From assembly GCA_038204425.1 (NCBI GenBank), contig JBBRCZ010000001.1:320001-384000 (forward strand): a stretch of DNA of 64,000 nt, written 5' to 3'. This DNA comes from Spirochaetia bacterium (GTDB lineage: Bacteria > Spirochaetota > Spirochaetia > DSM-27196 > Salinispiraceae). A model generated the notes under the pieces. It saw only the letters and a list, made by a program, of their open reading frames with translations. It was not told the origin of the DNA and did not search any database. Shown piece after piece: positions 1 to 10,770 of this stretch. A program made the translations under genes and the position numbers. Within the stretch, counting starts at the first letter, position 1. Every line of letters begins with the position of its first letter.

Positions 1-584
1 ACAATGCCGATTCCTTCCTTTTTGGTGATGATCCGCTCAAATTTAAAAAGAATGTCTTTGCTAAGAAGTCCGTCATTGGTTAGCTCAAGCTCGGATTTCT
101 GCAAGTTGCCAGCTTTGACTTGACGAGTATCGATTTGGCTCTTGATAACTGCCTGCTCTTGTTTTAGCTCTTCTTCTTGGGTCGCGATTGTTAGCTCGTC
201 TCTTAGGAGCAGTTGCGATAAATCTTCCACAATTTTCTCTTCTCTTTGGAGATCGCGGCGAAATTGTTGTTCACGATCAGTCGCTTCTTTGATCTGTTTG
301 AGCAAAGCCTCATACTCCCGTTGAGTCGAAATTTCAACAATCAGAGCTTCCGAGTGCTCACGATCTTTTTCAGCTTGAGATATTTGTTCCTTGAGGTCAA
401 CAATCTTTTGTTTGCCTTCATCGTACTGTTGATTTCTCTCAATGTAAGTCTTCTTTAGTCTGTTGACTACTTCAACCTTGGTATTGAGAGATTTTGGTAT
501 TTCTTTTAGTTCTTTTTCGACTACAAACTTTTCTGAAAGAATAGTCTGCAATTGTTTCAGCCGGTCCAAGACTTCTTGAGTCAT
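1..584 (-). CDS. Coiled-coil, C4 zinc-ribbon family protein (partial, runs off the window start)
   Basis: Absent from the ORF track. ATG at 584 with a GGGGG SD-like run just after the rpoD stop. Reads MTQEVLDRLKQLQTILSEKFVVEKELKEIPK...TQREYEALLKQIKEA...FKFERIITKKEGIGI, open to the edge. Usual position after rpoD in spirochaetes. Confidence 0.8.
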   Translation of the reverse strand, partial: MTQEVLDRLKQLQTILSEKFVVEKELKEIPKSLNTKVEVVNRLKKTYIERNQQYDEGKQKIVDLKEQISQAEKDREHSEALIVEISTQREYEALLKQIKEATDREQQFRRDLQREEKIVEDLSQLLLRDELTIATQEEELKQEQAVIKSQIDTRQVKAGNLQKSELELTNDGLLSKDILFKFERIITKKEGIGI

Positions 585-599
585 TAATATCCCCCCGTT

Positions 600-2435
600 C
601 TAACTGTCCAAATAGTCTTTCAAACGTCTACTGCGCTTTGGATGTCGCAGGCGCCGCAAGGCCTTGGCTTCTATTTGTCTGATTCGCTCTCTAGTTACGT
701 TGAAGTACAAACCTACTTCTTCCAATGTCAGTGAGTACCCATCCTCTAGCCCAAACCGCATTTTCAGAACTTCTTGCTCTCTTTCAGGTAACGTTGCAAG
801 TACTTCTCGCAATTGTTCCTGCAACAAGGTGAACGCAGTCTGTTGGGATGGATTCTCTACATCTTTATCTTCTATGAAGTCGCCAAGCAGCGAATCTTCT
901 TCTTCTCCGATCGGTGTTTCCAAAGAGATTGGTTCTCGTGCAACATTTTTTACGGATTTAACTCGGGTAACTGTCCAACCTAAACGCTCTGCAACTTCAT
1001 CATCGGATGGTTCACGGCCTAAAACCTGCATAAGCTGACGAGATTCCCTGACAACTTTGTTTATTTGTTCTATCATGTGAACGGGAACCCTGATAGTTCT
1101 TGCCTGATCTGAGATGCTTCTTGTTATTGCTTGCCTAATCCACCACGTTGCATAAGTGGAAAACTTGTAGCCCTTACGATACTCAAACTTCTCAACGGCT
1201 TTAATAAGTCCAATGTTTCCTTCTTGAACAAGGTCAAAAAAGTGAAGTCCACGATTGGTATATTTTTTAGCGATGCTAACGACAAGACGCAGGTTAGCCT
1301 TGATGAGCTTGTCCTTGGCATTTTGCATCATGGTCTTGCCGTGTTGAATCTTTTCTGCCATCAAAATGATTTCATCAGTTCGATTTTCGAAATCGATCTC
1401 CATATTGATAAGCTTTTTCTCGGTAATCTGAATTTGCCTAATTAATTCTTTGATTTCATCAGAGCTCAGTTGAAGTTCTTGCTCAATTCGCTCACGATCG
1501 TCAGCAATGGTTAGGCTTCTACCAAGGCTACGAAGTTCTCGGCTATTGTTAACTCTAAGTCGTTTTTCTACTTTTGCTTTTTCTCGTTGATAGCTGTCAA
1601 TTTTTTTAGAAGCGTTCAGAAATTTATCGGAAAAAGAAATGATTTCCTCAGGGTGCAATTCAATATTACCCATATTCTGAACCAGAAGCTTGCGTTTTTC
1701 AATCAGCTCAAGGTCAATTAGAATATCAGCACCTTTAGAAATTATCTTCTTTTTTTGATCCTGGTAGGCCTTTAGGTCACCAAGAATCTGTTTCAAGGGG
1801 TCCCTGTAGGCTTGAACCAATCTTCTACGTTCGGCGAGGTATTCAGAAACTTCTTTTTTGGACAAGCCAAGTTCGCGCGGATCCTTACTCTTTGTAAATA
1901 TCTTAAAGGCCAATGAGTAGAACTCAGGTATTATCATGCCTGAGTTTTTTATTATGGATTTGATGATATTTTCACCATCTTCCATTTTTTTTGAAAGCTC
2001 GACTTCTTTCTCTGCAGTCAGGAGATTCTCACGGCCTATCTCTCTCAGATAAAGGCGGATTGGATCGTCGATTGCACTTTCTTTTTCAATATAGTTTAGC
2101 TTCTTGATGACCTTTGGGTCAAAATCGTCTTCTGGCGGATTATTGACGATATCTGTTAGCGTTTTTATGTTCTCTTTGTCTATTTCTTCTTGGGGTCTTG
2201 GATCTATCGGTAAAGGCTCCTCACCTTCTTCAACGTCAAGACGCTTTCTTGCGTCAAGCTCGTCTTGAAGTCTAATATCGTAGTTGCCAAGAATTATCAT
2301 TACATCGTCAATGAGATCAGGACTGACCAATTCAGGCGGCAAAAGGTCATTCATCTCCTCGAAAGTGATGACTTTTTTGTCTTTTGCAAATTCGATTAAT
2401 TTCTGGATCGCCGGATTATTCCGCAAGTCGGTCAT
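600..2435 (-). CDS. rpoD: RNA polymerase primary sigma factor RpoD
   Basis: Region 1.2 [12 protein letters not shown], region 2 [13 protein letters not shown]...[17 protein letters not shown]...[15 protein letters not shown], region 4 TLEEVG...[19 protein letters not shown]. Confidence 0.99.
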   Translation of the reverse strand: MTDLRNNPAIQKLIEFAKDKKVITFEEMNDLLPPELVSPDLIDDVMIILGNYDIRLQDELDARKRLDVEEGEEPLPIDPRPQEEIDKENIKTLTDIVNNPPEDDFDPKVIKKLNYIEKESAIDDPIRLYLREIGRENLLTAEKEVELSKKMEDGENIIKSIIKNSGMIIPEFYSLAFKIFTKSKDPRELGLSKKEVSEYLAERRRLVQAYRDPLKQILGDLKAYQDQKKKIISKGADILIDLELIEKRKLLVQNMGNIELHPEEIISFSDKFLNASKKIDSYQREKAKVEKRLRVNNSRELRSLGRSLTIADDRERIEQELQLSSDEIKELIRQIQITEKKLINMEIDFENRTDEIILMAEKIQHGKTMMQNAKDKLIKANLRLVVSIAKKYTNRGLHFFDLVQEGNIGLIKAVEKFEYRKGYKFSTYATWWIRQAITRSISDQARTIRVPVHMIEQINKVVRESRQLMQVLGREPSDDEVAERLGWTVTRVKSVKNVAREPISLETPIGEEEDSLLGDFIEDKDVENPSQQTAFTLLQEQLREVLATLPEREQEVLKMRFGLEDGYSLTLEEVGLYFNVTRERIRQIEAKALRRLRHPKRSRRLKDYLDS

Positions 2436-4224
2436 CTATCTGTTTCCTCAGTTCCTTAAGCGCTTCATCAATCACTATCATATCTTCGAGAAGGTCTCGT
2501 TCCATCTTCGAATCAAGGCTGCTGTCATTACCAACTCTTCTAAGTTGGTAATTTATAGAAATTCTTCGTTCTCTCAGATTTCTTTCTCTGATACGCAAGG
2601 TACAGTCTTTAATAAAACCCTCAGCGTTTTCAACATATTCACCATCTACATTTTTTCTAAACACGATTGATCGCAGGTCTGGGCTGCCGATTCTACTAGC
2701 AACATGCTCAAATGACAATAGGCCAAGCCTGTAGCTCTCCTCCAAACAAATAAAAAGCTCCTGAGCCCCTTGGTGTTTGAGGTCTTCTATCTTAAGCTGA
2801 TTTCTAATCTTGCCAAATACCAGTGGGTTTATGACCACAGCTATCATCATCTGCAAATCTAGACTCGAGCTATCTCTGAGCAAAGCTTGACTCATTTTGA
2901 CTTCAGAATCAATTGCTAAGGGTTTGTTTTTGTTAGCCACCTTACTACGGTTCAATTCTGCTTGCAGACTATTTACGCCAACTTCCAAAAGATCCGAAAG
3001 CATTCTTAGTACTGCTTCTTTTTTAATAGGAGACCGAATAGAATCCAAATACGGCAAGAAGGCGTTCAAAAGCCGTTTTTTTGCCTCAGGACTTCCAGTG
3101 CCATTTTCTAGTCCTCCTACTCTCAGTATAAAGTCAAAAACAGTTAACCTGTAATCTAACATTTTTAATAGAAATTGTGAACCTTTTTTCTGGAAAATGT
3201 CTGCAGGATCCTTTTCGCCTTCCAGCTTAATAAAATCGCAGTCAATCTCATTGTCTTCGGCGATGATCAAGGATCGCATTCCGGCTTTTATGCCTGCTTC
3301 GTCGCTGTCAAATAGAAACGAGATTTTGTTACACATTCTTTTGACAAGTTTTGCTTGGTCATTCGTAAATGCGGTTCCTAGTGGAGCTAGTGCATTCTTT
3401 GCGCTAGCTGCGTGCAAGGCAATTACGTCCATATATCCTTCGCAGATGATGGCTTGGTTACCTTTTTTGATGAAGTCTTTGGCTAAATTTATACCAAATA
3501 GAACTGAACCTTTTTTAAATATACTCGTTTCGGGGCTGTTAATGTATTTCGGGCCGTTGCCCTGAAGGATTCTTCCTCCAAATGCAATTGTTTCGTTACC
3601 TTGATCAAGGATGGGGAAGATAATCCGGCCAGAAAAAATACAATACTCTTTCTTATTTTTGCCAAAGAGGCCGGAGTCGTCCAAAAAACTGGCACTGTAC
3701 TTTTTTGATAACAAAAATTTATAGAGCCAAGACCCATCTAAGTAGAGATAACCAAGCTTAAAAGTAGTGATGGTTTGGTCATCTATACCTCTATCGTTGA
3801 GGTACTTATGAGCAGATTCTCCTTGCTTCGTGTTCATTAGTAGATGCGAAAAGGTATCAGTTAAGCGCGCATATAACTCTATGAGTGCCTTCTTTTGCTT
3901 GTAGTCTTGAGAAAATGCTTCTTCATCTTCCTGATTGGTATTGATCCCGTATTTTTTTGCCAAAAAATTAAGTGCTTCGACATAACTGATCTGTTCCAAT
4001 TCCATAACAAACTGAACTACACCACCGCCCTTTTGAGTGCTAAAGCAATACCAAATATTTTTATCTGGACTGACCGAAAATGAGGGGGTCTTCTCCGCTT
4101 TGAATGGACTCAAGCCCCAGAATCGGTCGCCTTTTTGGTTGAGTTGTACATATTGTCCAACAACATCGACAATATGAGCTTTGTCGATGATTTCCTGCAC
4201 GATTTGCTCCGGAATTCGCGTCAT
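2416..4224 (-). CDS. dnaG: DNA primase
   Basis: Zinc-finger-like N-terminus ([11 protein letters not shown]...WYCFS), [21 protein letters not shown]...FDSDEAG. Start moved to ATG 4224 (MTRIPEQ) because the track start 4419 overlaps mltG. Confidence 0.97.
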   Translation of the reverse strand: MTRIPEQIVQEIIDKAHIVDVVGQYVQLNQKGDRFWGLSPFKAEKTPSFSVSPDKNIWYCFSTQKGGGVVQFVMELEQISYVEALNFLAKKYGINTNQEDEEAFSQDYKQKKALIELYARLTDTFSHLLMNTKQGESAHKYLNDRGIDDQTITTFKLGYLYLDGSWLYKFLLSKKYSASFLDDSGLFGKNKKEYCIFSGRIIFPILDQGNETIAFGGRILQGNGPKYINSPETSIFKKGSVLFGINLAKDFIKKGNQAIICEGYMDVIALHAASAKNALAPLGTAFTNDQAKLVKRMCNKISFLFDSDEAGIKAGMRSLIIAEDNEIDCDFIKLEGEKDPADIFQKKGSQFLLKMLDYRLTVFDFILRVGGLENGTGSPEAKKRLLNAFLPYLDSIRSPIKKEAVLRMLSDLLEVGVNSLQAELNRSKVANKNKPLAIDSEVKMSQALLRDSSSLDLQMMIAVVINPLVFGKIRNQLKIEDLKHQGAQELFICLEESYRLGLLSFEHVASRIGSPDLRSIVFRKNVDGEYVENAEGFIKDCTLRIRERNLRERRISINYQLRRVGNDSSLDSKMERDLLEDMIVIDEALKELRKQIDDRLAE

Positions 4225-4237
4225 GTCTTTATTGAGT

Positions 4238-5263
4238 TCAACGTTGTTTATTAAAGAGAACGGTTGCTTGGTTGTGATCAGCGAAGGTTTTCGAAAACTG
4301 ATGCTGGGTTGCGGTTGGACTCTTGAGTACAAAATACAAATAGTCCGATCTATCAGGAAAGAAGGCAGCCTTAAGTGCAACCGTACCCGGATTGGAGATC
4401 GGACCTGGTGGTAGGCCACGGTGTATATACGTGTTGTACTTTGATGACCTTTTTAAGTCTCGGAAGAAAAGTCGTTCGGGATGCTTTAGTCCTTGTTCTT
4501 CGGTCATTACATATACCACTGTAGCGCATGACTCCAAAGATTTGTTGATCTTTAGTCTGTTGTTAAAAACTGATGCCATCAGGGCCGCTTCTGAGGGGTC
4601 TCTGTATTCACGTTCTATGATCGAAGCGAGTACCACTTTCTCGTAGAGCTGTTTGTTTGACTGAAGATCAAATTCTGGCACAATCGTCTTTAGCTCATTA
4701 AAGAAGGCTGTTACAAGATGTCTAACCACAAATTCGGCGGAACTGTTCAAATTGAAGTAGTAGGTGTCCGGAAACAAGAATCCCTCGGCACTGTTAAGAG
4801 CGAGTCCTTTGAGCTCCGTGGATTCTAACAATGCTTTGTTTTTTACTGCTTTGAGAAAGTCCTGCTTTTTCACTATTCCCTTGTCTTCAAGCAATTTTGC
4901 AATCCTTGTAGAACTGTGACCTTCTGGGATAGTGACCTTCTCAAGCACCTGTTTGCCGCTGGTAAGATAGTCATGAACCTGAAACGAATTTAGGTTTTGC
5001 GGGATTGCATAGCTACCAACTTGAAAACTGCCATCAGTATTTCTAATTTTTGCAATTATTTGTAAGAAAAGAGCCGAGCGAATCAGACCTTCTTGTTCTA
5101 GGCGTTTAGCAACTGCCTGCATGTTCTCGCCACTTGTGATGGCAAAAGGTCTCAGTTCTGATTTTGACTGCATTGCGCTGTTGAGGAATATACTTAATAC
5201 AATGGTAGCAGCTATCAAGAAGAAAAATGCTGACAGTACAATTGCGACAATTTTTTTTAACAT
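4238..5263 (-). CDS. mltG: Endolytic transglycosylase MltG (YceG family)
   Basis: N-terminal TM, VTIPEG, EGFLFPDTY, LASIIERE, YNTY...GLPPGPISNPG, YLYFV. Confidence 0.96.
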   Translation of the reverse strand: MLKKIVAIVLSAFFFLIAATIVLSIFLNSAMQSKSELRPFAITSGENMQAVAKRLEQEGLIRSALFLQIIAKIRNTDGSFQVGSYAIPQNLNSFQVHDYLTSGKQVLEKVTIPEGHSSTRIAKLLEDKGIVKKQDFLKAVKNKALLESTELKGLALNSAEGFLFPDTYYFNLNSSAEFVVRHLVTAFFNELKTIVPEFDLQSNKQLYEKVVLASIIEREYRDPSEAALMASVFNNRLKINKSLESCATVVYVMTEEQGLKHPERLFFRDLKRSSKYNTYIHRGLPPGPISNPGTVALKAAFFPDRSDYLYFVLKSPTATQHQFSKTFADHNQATVLFNKQR

Positions 5264-5278
5264 CTTAAATACCCCAAG

Positions 5279-6223
5279 CTAAAGTTCAATACCGATGCCT
5301 TCTTCTGCCAACATAATCTCGAGTGAACTCTTTTGCCGCTGAGCATACCATTTTGCAGCAGAAAGGTTACTGTAAATTTGCTTGTCATCATACTTTGGTT
5401 CATGGTGAAAAAGAGCCAGCTTTTTGACATTCCAATTGATGGCAAACTCAACGCCAAGACTAAAACTCGAGTGACCCCAGTTATATTTGTCGATCGCTTC
5501 TCCCAGAGTGTACATTGTATCAAGAACTAGGAAATCTGCATCTCTAAAAAAAGGACCATTGCCACCGTCTTTGATAAAATCTACTTCTCCAAGTTCAACA
5601 TCTGTAGCGTAAATAAAAGTTTTTCCTGCTTCTTGAATTTTATAAGCAAATGCCTTGCCGGGATGATTTAGCTCTTGCCAAGAGATTGTCGCATTTCCAA
5701 TTTTGATGGTAGGGCTGTTCTTTAGAGAATGGAAATATTGATGTGATGTCATTCGATCCTGCATCGTTACGGGAAAGTAAGGATGAGCCATATGATCCTT
5801 TAAGGTATATTCCATGTCTTCTAATGGACTATAAAAGTGCATTTGAATTTGCGGATTGTAGGCCTGCATAAAAAAAGGCAAGCCCTGAATATGGTCGTAG
5901 TGAAAATGAGAAAAAAATACATGGTAGCTACCTGGGGCTTGGTGTTCTTTGCTCAAACTGTTGCTTAGTCCTATTATTCCTGAGCCGGCATCCAGAATCA
6001 AACAGCTGCCATCAGAGAGCCTAACTTCAAGGCAAGGGGTGTTTCCACCTATAGTACCAAACAACCATTCTGGCAGTCTTGATAAGAAAAGCTCTCGCGT
6101 TTCAGGTGACTGCAAATCCTTTGGTTTGACTCTTTGAATTACCGCCGAGATCTTTTGCCTTAGTTTTTCAGGTGATAGTGGTGTTGGGTGGGAGCCGCGG
6201 ACACCCCAAAAATTTATTTTCAC
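5279..6223 (-). CDS. MBL-fold metallo-hydrolase (phosphodiesterase-like)
   Basis: FWGVRGS, GGNTPC, DAGSG, SHFHYDHIQG, WGHS, FHHEP. GTG at 6223, directly after the upstream stop, preferred over 6259. Confidence 0.88.
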   Translation of the reverse strand: MKINFWGVRGSHPTPLSPEKLRQKISAVIQRVKPKDLQSPETRELFLSRLPEWLFGTIGGNTPCLEVRLSDGSCLILDAGSGIIGLSNSLSKEHQAPGSYHVFFSHFHYDHIQGLPFFMQAYNPQIQMHFYSPLEDMEYTLKDHMAHPYFPVTMQDRMTSHQYFHSLKNSPTIKIGNATISWQELNHPGKAFAYKIQEAGKTFIYATDVELGEVDFIKDGGNGPFFRDADFLVLDTMYTLGEAIDKYNWGHSSFSLGVEFAINWNVKKLALFHHEPKYDDKQIYSNLSAAKWYAQRQKSSLEIMLAEEGIGIEL

Positions 6224-6224
6224 T

Positions 6225-6668
6225 TCATTCTTCCAAAAGATCAAAATCTGATCGGGCATTCAGCCAGGACTCAATAACATCACGACTATGAATCTTGCCA
6301 CGATTAATCCCTGGACAAGATAGTCCGGCTTGATCCCAGGATTCTTTGTCCTCTAAATTTTGCTTCCAAAATGGAAACGCTCTGCACTGAAATGGACGAG
6401 CTTCGTAGACACTACAACCAGATTCGCCCCAAAAAATACAATCATTGTTAGGTTTTTCTAGAAGGCTTAGCCTTTTTACAAAACCAAAGTCCACTACCCT
6501 ACAATATTTCTGACGAAACTCGGATGCGCTAATTTGAAGATTCGCTGCCAATTGTGACAGATCGTCAGCAGAAAGAAAAACGTATCCAGGATCATGTCGA
6601 CAACAATCCGAGCAACGTGTGCATTCAAACTGCAGGCCCGATTGGAAGAAAGGTACAGGAATTCTCAT
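6225..6668 (-). CDS. YkgJ family cysteine-cluster (CxxCxxCC) protein
   Basis: FECTRCSDCC...CIFW...CSVYEARPFQCRAFPFW...CPGIN. ATG 6668 chosen because TATAAT abuts the 6677 ATG. Confidence 0.9.
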   Translation of the reverse strand: MRIPVPFFQSGLQFECTRCSDCCRHDPGYVFLSADDLSQLAANLQISASEFRQKYCRVVDFGFVKRLSLLEKPNNDCIFWGESGCSVYEARPFQCRAFPFWKQNLEDKESWDQAGLSCPGINRGKIHSRDVIESWLNARSDFDLLEE

Positions 6669-6713
6669 AGATGCCATATTATATTTTTAAAGAGACAAGT
6701 AACAGTCCTATGC

Positions 6714-6746
6714 AAAAAAAAACCGTCTGCATCTTGCAGACGGTTT
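6714..6746 (-). terminator. Intrinsic terminator of the tRNA-Thr/Tyr operon
   Basis: Minus strand AAACCGTCTGC-AAGAT-GCAGACGG followed by T9, immediately 3' of tRNA-Tyr. Confidence 0.9.
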
Positions 6747-6747
6747 A

Positions 6748-6830
6748 TGGGGAGTGTAGGTTTCGAACCTACGTAGGCGTAAGCCAACAGATTTACAGTC
6801 TGCCCCCTTTAACCACTCGGGCAACTCCCC
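6748..6830 (-). tRNA. tRNA-Tyr (GTA)
   Basis: GGGGAGT/ACTCCCC acceptor stem, GCAGA-CTGTAAA-TCTGT anticodon arm, long variable arm, GGTTCGAAACC T arm; no encoded CCA. Confidence 0.97.
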
Positions 6831-6875
6831 TTTTTGGAACGGGGTCATATTTATCATACGACCATGTTCGCGTCA

Positions 6876-6949
6876 AGCCTTCTGTCGGATTCGAACCGAC
6901 GACCACCAGATTACAAGTCAGGTGCTCTGGCCAACTGAGCTAAGAAGGC
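6876..6949 (-). tRNA. tRNA-Thr (TGT)
   Basis: GCCTTCTTAGCTCAGTTGGCCAGAGCACCTGACTTGTAATCTGG...GGTTCGAATCCGACAGAAGGCT; cloverleaf with anticodon TGT. Confidence 0.96.
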
Positions 6950-6964
6950 ATACTTAGAGTGCTG

Positions 6965-6993
6965 ATTAGATTACATTTTTGGCTGCATGTCAA
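6965..6993 (-). promoter_or_regulatory. Probable sigma70 promoter of tRNA-Thr/Tyr
   Basis: TTGACA-17 nt-TCTAAT, 15 nt upstream of tRNA-Thr. Confidence 0.55.
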
Positions 6994-7102
6994 TATTTCA
7001 CGCCACATTTCAGACTTGTTTGTCATTTCGTTTTGTCCAACTTTCTAAGATTCAAGGCTTGACACTTTACTATAGATGTACGACTATAGGCTTACAACAC
7101 GA

Positions 7103-7175
7103 CGCAGGGTAGAGCAGTTGGCAGCTCGTCGGGCTCATAACCCGGAGGTCGGAGGTTCGAGTCCTCCCCCTGCTA
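7103..7175 (+). tRNA. Initiator tRNA-fMet (CAT)
   Basis: CGCAGGGTAGAGCAGTTGGCAGCTCGTCGGGCTCATAACCCGG...CCCTGCTA; unpaired C1/T72 and three G-C pairs in the anticodon stem. Confidence 0.97.
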
Positions 7176-7180
7176 TTATT

Positions 7181-7210
7181 AACACCGTTACTGAGTAACG
7201 GTGTTTTTTT
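7181..7210 (+). terminator. Intrinsic terminator after tRNA-fMet
   Basis: AACACCGTTAC-TGA-GTAACGGTGTT followed by a T run. Confidence 0.9.
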
Positions 7211-7230
7211 GCATTGGGATCGAATATTGT

Positions 7231-7259
7231 TTGCACAATTGAGCTTGCGTTTCTATACT
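7231..7259 (+). promoter_or_regulatory. sigma70 promoter of the MBL hydrolase gene
   Basis: TTGCAC-17 nt-TATACT. Confidence 0.6.
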
Positions 7260-7311
7260 TAACAAAGTCACAAAAAATTAGGACAGAAAACTAAAATGGG
7301 CGCTATAGTAG

Positions 7312-8160
7312 ATGATTTTTAGAAAAAGAAATTTAAATGGTAACCTTTCACTGAGCAATGATGGACAACTGAGCCTTTTTCCAATTGGAGCCGGAAGTGC
7401 ATTTACCAAAAAGCTCTATCAAAACAACCTTTTGATAATAAAGGGAAATACACACCTTCAGATAGACTGCGGAACACGAACTCCAGAGGCATATTTCAAT
7501 CTTGGTTTGCCAATTACTGAGATTAGCAATTACCTAATTTCTCATTCCCATGCCGACCACGTTGGTGGACTTGAAGAAGTAATTCTGATGGGCCGGTACG
7601 TCACCAGAAGAAAACCGACCATAATCATTACTGAGGAATATCAGGACTTGTTGTGGAATCAGTCGCTCAAAGGCGGAGCGGCCTTCAACGAAAAGAAATC
7701 CTCTCGATATCTTGGTTTCAAGGACTATTGGGAGGTTATAAGGCCTCAGCTAAGCACTAAGCTTTCGCGCGAGTCATACGATATTGATTTCAACGGTATC
7801 AAAATTACCATGTTTAGAACCATGCACTATCCAGACTCAGCACTATCATGGCAAGAAAGTGCCTATAGTGTAGGAATAGTAATTGATGAAAGAGTTTTGT
7901 TTTCGGGGGACACGCGCTTTGATCCAGAAATGATCGAAGAATTGTGCGAGAAGTTTCCAATCGAACTAATCGTTCACGACGTGCAGTTTTTTCCTGGCGG
8001 TGTGCATGCGGCTTTTGACGAACTTAAGTCTCTTCCCGAAAAGTACAAGTCAAAAATGTTGCTTATGCATTACCCTGATACTTGGCTAAATCATAGTCAA
8101 AAAGTACTGGACGCCGGCTTTTTAGGATTTCTTGAACAGCAAGTCTTTTACGACTTATAA
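7312..8160 (+). CDS. MBL-fold metallo-hydrolase (RNase Z/phosphodiesterase-like)
   Basis: GAGSAF, IDCG, SHSHADHVGGLEE, FSGDTRF, HD, VHA, LMHY. Confidence 0.88.
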   Translation: MIFRKRNLNGNLSLSNDGQLSLFPIGAGSAFTKKLYQNNLLIIKGNTHLQIDCGTRTPEAYFNLGLPITEISNYLISHSHADHVGGLEEVILMGRYVTRRKPTIIITEEYQDLLWNQSLKGGAAFNEKKSSRYLGFKDYWEVIRPQLSTKLSRESYDIDFNGIKITMFRTMHYPDSALSWQESAYSVGIVIDERVLFSGDTRFDPEMIEELCEKFPIELIVHDVQFFPGGVHAAFDELKSLPEKYKSKMLLMHYPDTWLNHSQKVLDAGFLGFLEQQVFYDL

Positions 8161-8199
8161 GAGGCGCAAAATGTCGCCCACGTAGGCAGCAAGAATGAA

Positions 8200-9315
8200 C
8201 TATGAGCTGTGGTCGTCGCTATAAATTGTTTTGTTTTGACTATAAGCTTCCAGAACGGATACTTCTTTGGCTGATAGAACTTGAATACCGGTTTTGATTG
8301 TTTCCATTTTGAGGGGAAAATCTCCGGCTTCAAGCCAGGTCACTTGTCCATCAAGTTGCATCGGAATCTTGCCAGACAATTCGATTTCGATTGCGTGGAC
8401 CCGATCCATCGTGCAGTTTGGCAGGTTCGGATGTTTGGCCTTAAAAAGTTCAGTCTTAAATTTCATGTTGTCAATCAGACTGCCATTCTTGATTGAGCAA
8501 TAGTTCCGTTCATCAGGAAGAACCCATTTTTCAGCGCCGTAGGTTCTAAACCCACTTACTCCCATGACGGTGATACCATTACAACGTTCTTCAACGGTTA
8601 CATTGCCATTGGTGCCATAGCGACTTACACGCATCGGATGGAAGCCATGAATGACTCCGTAGAGAACCACACCAATGTCGGCAAAAATTTTGTAGCTGTT
8701 TCCTGGAATCTTTGACTTAAACTTATTGGTTAGATGCACTACGTAAGCATCTAATCCCAAGCTTGCAATATTGAAGCTATACATGATGCTTCTGAGCGGT
8801 GTTTTGACAGCAATTGCCCCGGTTTTTGAGGTCTTTCTGGATTCACCAAGGGTTTGCAGGGCTTGTGTCTGATCCCACGCGTCTGCAGCATCATTTCCTG
8901 TGCCAGCGGGAAAGCGAAAAACGACCACGTTCTCAAGCAGTCGTTCTTCTACTGTCATTAAACCACTAAGCACTTCTTGATGAGTACCATCGCCTCCCAT
9001 TGATACAATCAATGTTGATCGACTATTTTTTCTGTTTCTTTCAACAATTCCTGCTGCAATAATACCTGCTTGCCCAGGCGCTGAGCTCGAGCAAACGGTA
9101 ACGAATACGGAGTGGCTTTCAATTTTGCTGTTGCGCGCTGCGGAAGCAAACCCCTTTAAAAGACGCAGAAAATCTTCCATTTTTTTCTTGTTAGAAAAAC
9201 CACCGGCTTTTGGGTTAAGGATTACATGAACTGACTCAATTTTTTCTCTTATAAAACTGGATCTGCCCAGTATATCTTCAAAACCAGACTTGATCGATCT
9301 AAATAGTTCTTCCAT
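8200..9315 (-). CDS. Diacylglycerol/lipid kinase family protein
   Basis: ILNPKAGG, GGDGT, PAGTGND, NIASLGLDA, MQLDG. Confidence 0.88.
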   Translation of the reverse strand: MEELFRSIKSGFEDILGRSSFIREKIESVHVILNPKAGGFSNKKKMEDFLRLLKGFASAARNSKIESHSVFVTVCSSSAPGQAGIIAAGIVERNRKNSRSTLIVSMGGDGTHQEVLSGLMTVEERLLENVVVFRFPAGTGNDAADAWDQTQALQTLGESRKTSKTGAIAVKTPLRSIMYSFNIASLGLDAYVVHLTNKFKSKIPGNSYKIFADIGVVLYGVIHGFHPMRVSRYGTNGNVTVEERCNGITVMGVSGFRTYGAEKWVLPDERNYCSIKNGSLIDNMKFKTELFKAKHPNLPNCTMDRVHAIEIELSGKIPMQLDGQVTWLEAGDFPLKMETIKTGIQVLSAKEVSVLEAYSQNKTIYSDDHSS

Positions 9316-9354
9316 AAGAGTAAGCCTATCATGGTTATTGAACTTTGTCTGGTG

Positions 9355-9894
9355 TCATTGATTGGTGTTTATGAGCATCGATGTATATGATCTTTCTTCA
9401 ATGCGGTCGCTTGTTATGCCAAGTTCTCTCAGGGCATCTTTTAACTGCGTGCTTAGCTCGGCGTGGGTAAAACTAGCCGTGTTAGCAAGCACCGTTTCAA
9501 TCTCGATAAAATAGCCAAGATTTTCAACCTGGCTTAGTTCCACCAGAAAATCACCAAACTTCCAAGCGCTACCTTTTTTTCGTTTAGAGACCAACTTCAG
9601 AGCTCCAAGCCGTAGAAGCAATTCAGTCATCATTTCAGGACTCTCAATACCAAACTCATGCTCGCGGTTAAACTCTACACCGTCAACCATTGTCTTGTCT
9701 TTGTAGGTCACCAAGCACTTTTTATCGTCCTGGCGAATGCGTACGTCCTGAAAAGGATCCGCTTTTCCCGAAATTGTTAAACGAAAATATTCGTCCTTTT
9801 TGTCAAAATCACGTAGATACTTGGCCTTGGAACACAAAATTTTAACTAATATTTCGGGTTCATCCACCCAGGCTTTCAGTTCGATCTCAATCAT
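9355..9894 (-). CDS. cyaB: Class IV adenylate cyclase (CYTH family)
   Basis: EIELKA, DEYF, VRIR, VTYK, NREHEF, KRK, LGYFIEIE, RSY. Confidence 0.85.
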   Translation of the reverse strand: MIEIELKAWVDEPEILVKILCSKAKYLRDFDKKDEYFRLTISGKADPFQDVRIRQDDKKCLVTYKDKTMVDGVEFNREHEFGIESPEMMTELLLRLGALKLVSKRKKGSAWKFGDFLVELSQVENLGYFIEIETVLANTASFTHAELSTQLKDALRELGITSDRIEERSYTSMLINTNQ

Positions 9895-9903
9895 GGTCGC
9901 TCA

Positions 9904-10770
9904 CTATTCAAAAACTATCGTCTTGTTGCCATAAGGAACTACACGGTGCTCTAGGTGCAGTTTGACCGCCCGAGACAAAACCAGCTTTTCCAAATTTCTG
10001 CCTTTGAGAATTAGATCTGGAATTGAGTCGCGATGACTAATTCTTGTGACATCTTGTTCAATAATAGGCCCCTGGTCGAGCTCACTGGTCACATAGTGGC
10101 TGGTAGCGCCAATTATTTTTACGCCTCGTTCAAAAGCTTGATGATAAGGCTTAGCGCCAATGAAGGCCGGCAAAAAACTGTGGTGAATGTTAATGATTCG
10201 ATTGGGATATTGCTCAATTAAGCCGGGAGAAATTATTTGCATATAACGAGCCAATACCAAAAGATCAATCTTATGCTCGGACAAAACAGCTATTTGTTCG
10301 GCTTCAAATTCGGATTTCTCGCGATTTTTTGTGGCTGTGTAAACAAAGGGAATTCCAAAATATTGTGCTATACTAGACAGTTCGGGATGGTTCCCAATCA
10401 CTACCCTAATATCAGCTTGTGTTTCACCTTCTCGGTTTCGCAAAATGAGATCGTAGAGACAATGATCATACTGGCTTACTAGAATGGCCATTCGTGTGGC
10501 CTTTTGTGGAAACTCAATCCTGTATTGCATTTGGAATTTGAGCGCTATCGGTTCAAATGCTTGATCTAACTTGTTTAGTGGTATGCTAAAATCGCTGGTG
10601 TCCCATTCTACACGCATAAAAAATGAATTGGTTTGAGCGTCTTTGTGCTGGTCTGAGCTTATAATGTTTCCATTGTAAGTAAAAATAAAATGGCTGACTT
10701 CTGCAACTATGCCGCGATGATCGGGGCAAGAAAAAAGTAAAATAGCTCGATTGATTTCTTTGTCTGACAT
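9904..10770 (-). CDS. purU: Formyltetrahydrofolate deformylase
   Basis: ACT domain CPDHRGIVA, LARYMQI, INIHHSFLPAFIGAKPYHQA, IGATSHYV, LDQGPIIEQD. Start at ATG 10770 (MSDKE). Confidence 0.97.
   Translation of the reverse strand: MSDKEINRAILLFSCPDHRGIVAEVSHFIFTYNGNIISSDQHKDAQTNSFFMRVEWDTSDFSIPLNKLDQAFEPIALKFQMQYRIEFPQKATRMAILVSQYDHCLYDLILRNREGETQADIRVVIGNHPELSSIAQYFGIPFVYTATKNREKSEFEAEQIAVLSEHKIDLLVLARYMQIISPGLIEQYPNRIINIHHSFLPAFIGAKPYHQAFERGVKIIGATSHYVTSELDQGPIIEQDVTRISHRDSIPDLILKGRNLEKLVLSRAVKLHLEHRVVPYGNKTIVFE

Noticed and set aside
142..458. Two short plus-strand ORFs at the window start
   Set aside because: Antisense to the real minus-strand zinc-ribbon family gene, which the track missed because it lacks a stop in the window.
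4225..4419. Apparent long dnaG/mltG overlap (likewise at 22903-22968, 23516-23701 and 39410-39472)
   Set aside because: Artefacts of taking the most upstream start codon; family-like sequence begins at the downstream starts.
6594..6943. ORFs of 60 and 90 aa
   Set aside because: They are antisense readings of tRNA-Tyr, tRNA-Thr and their terminator.
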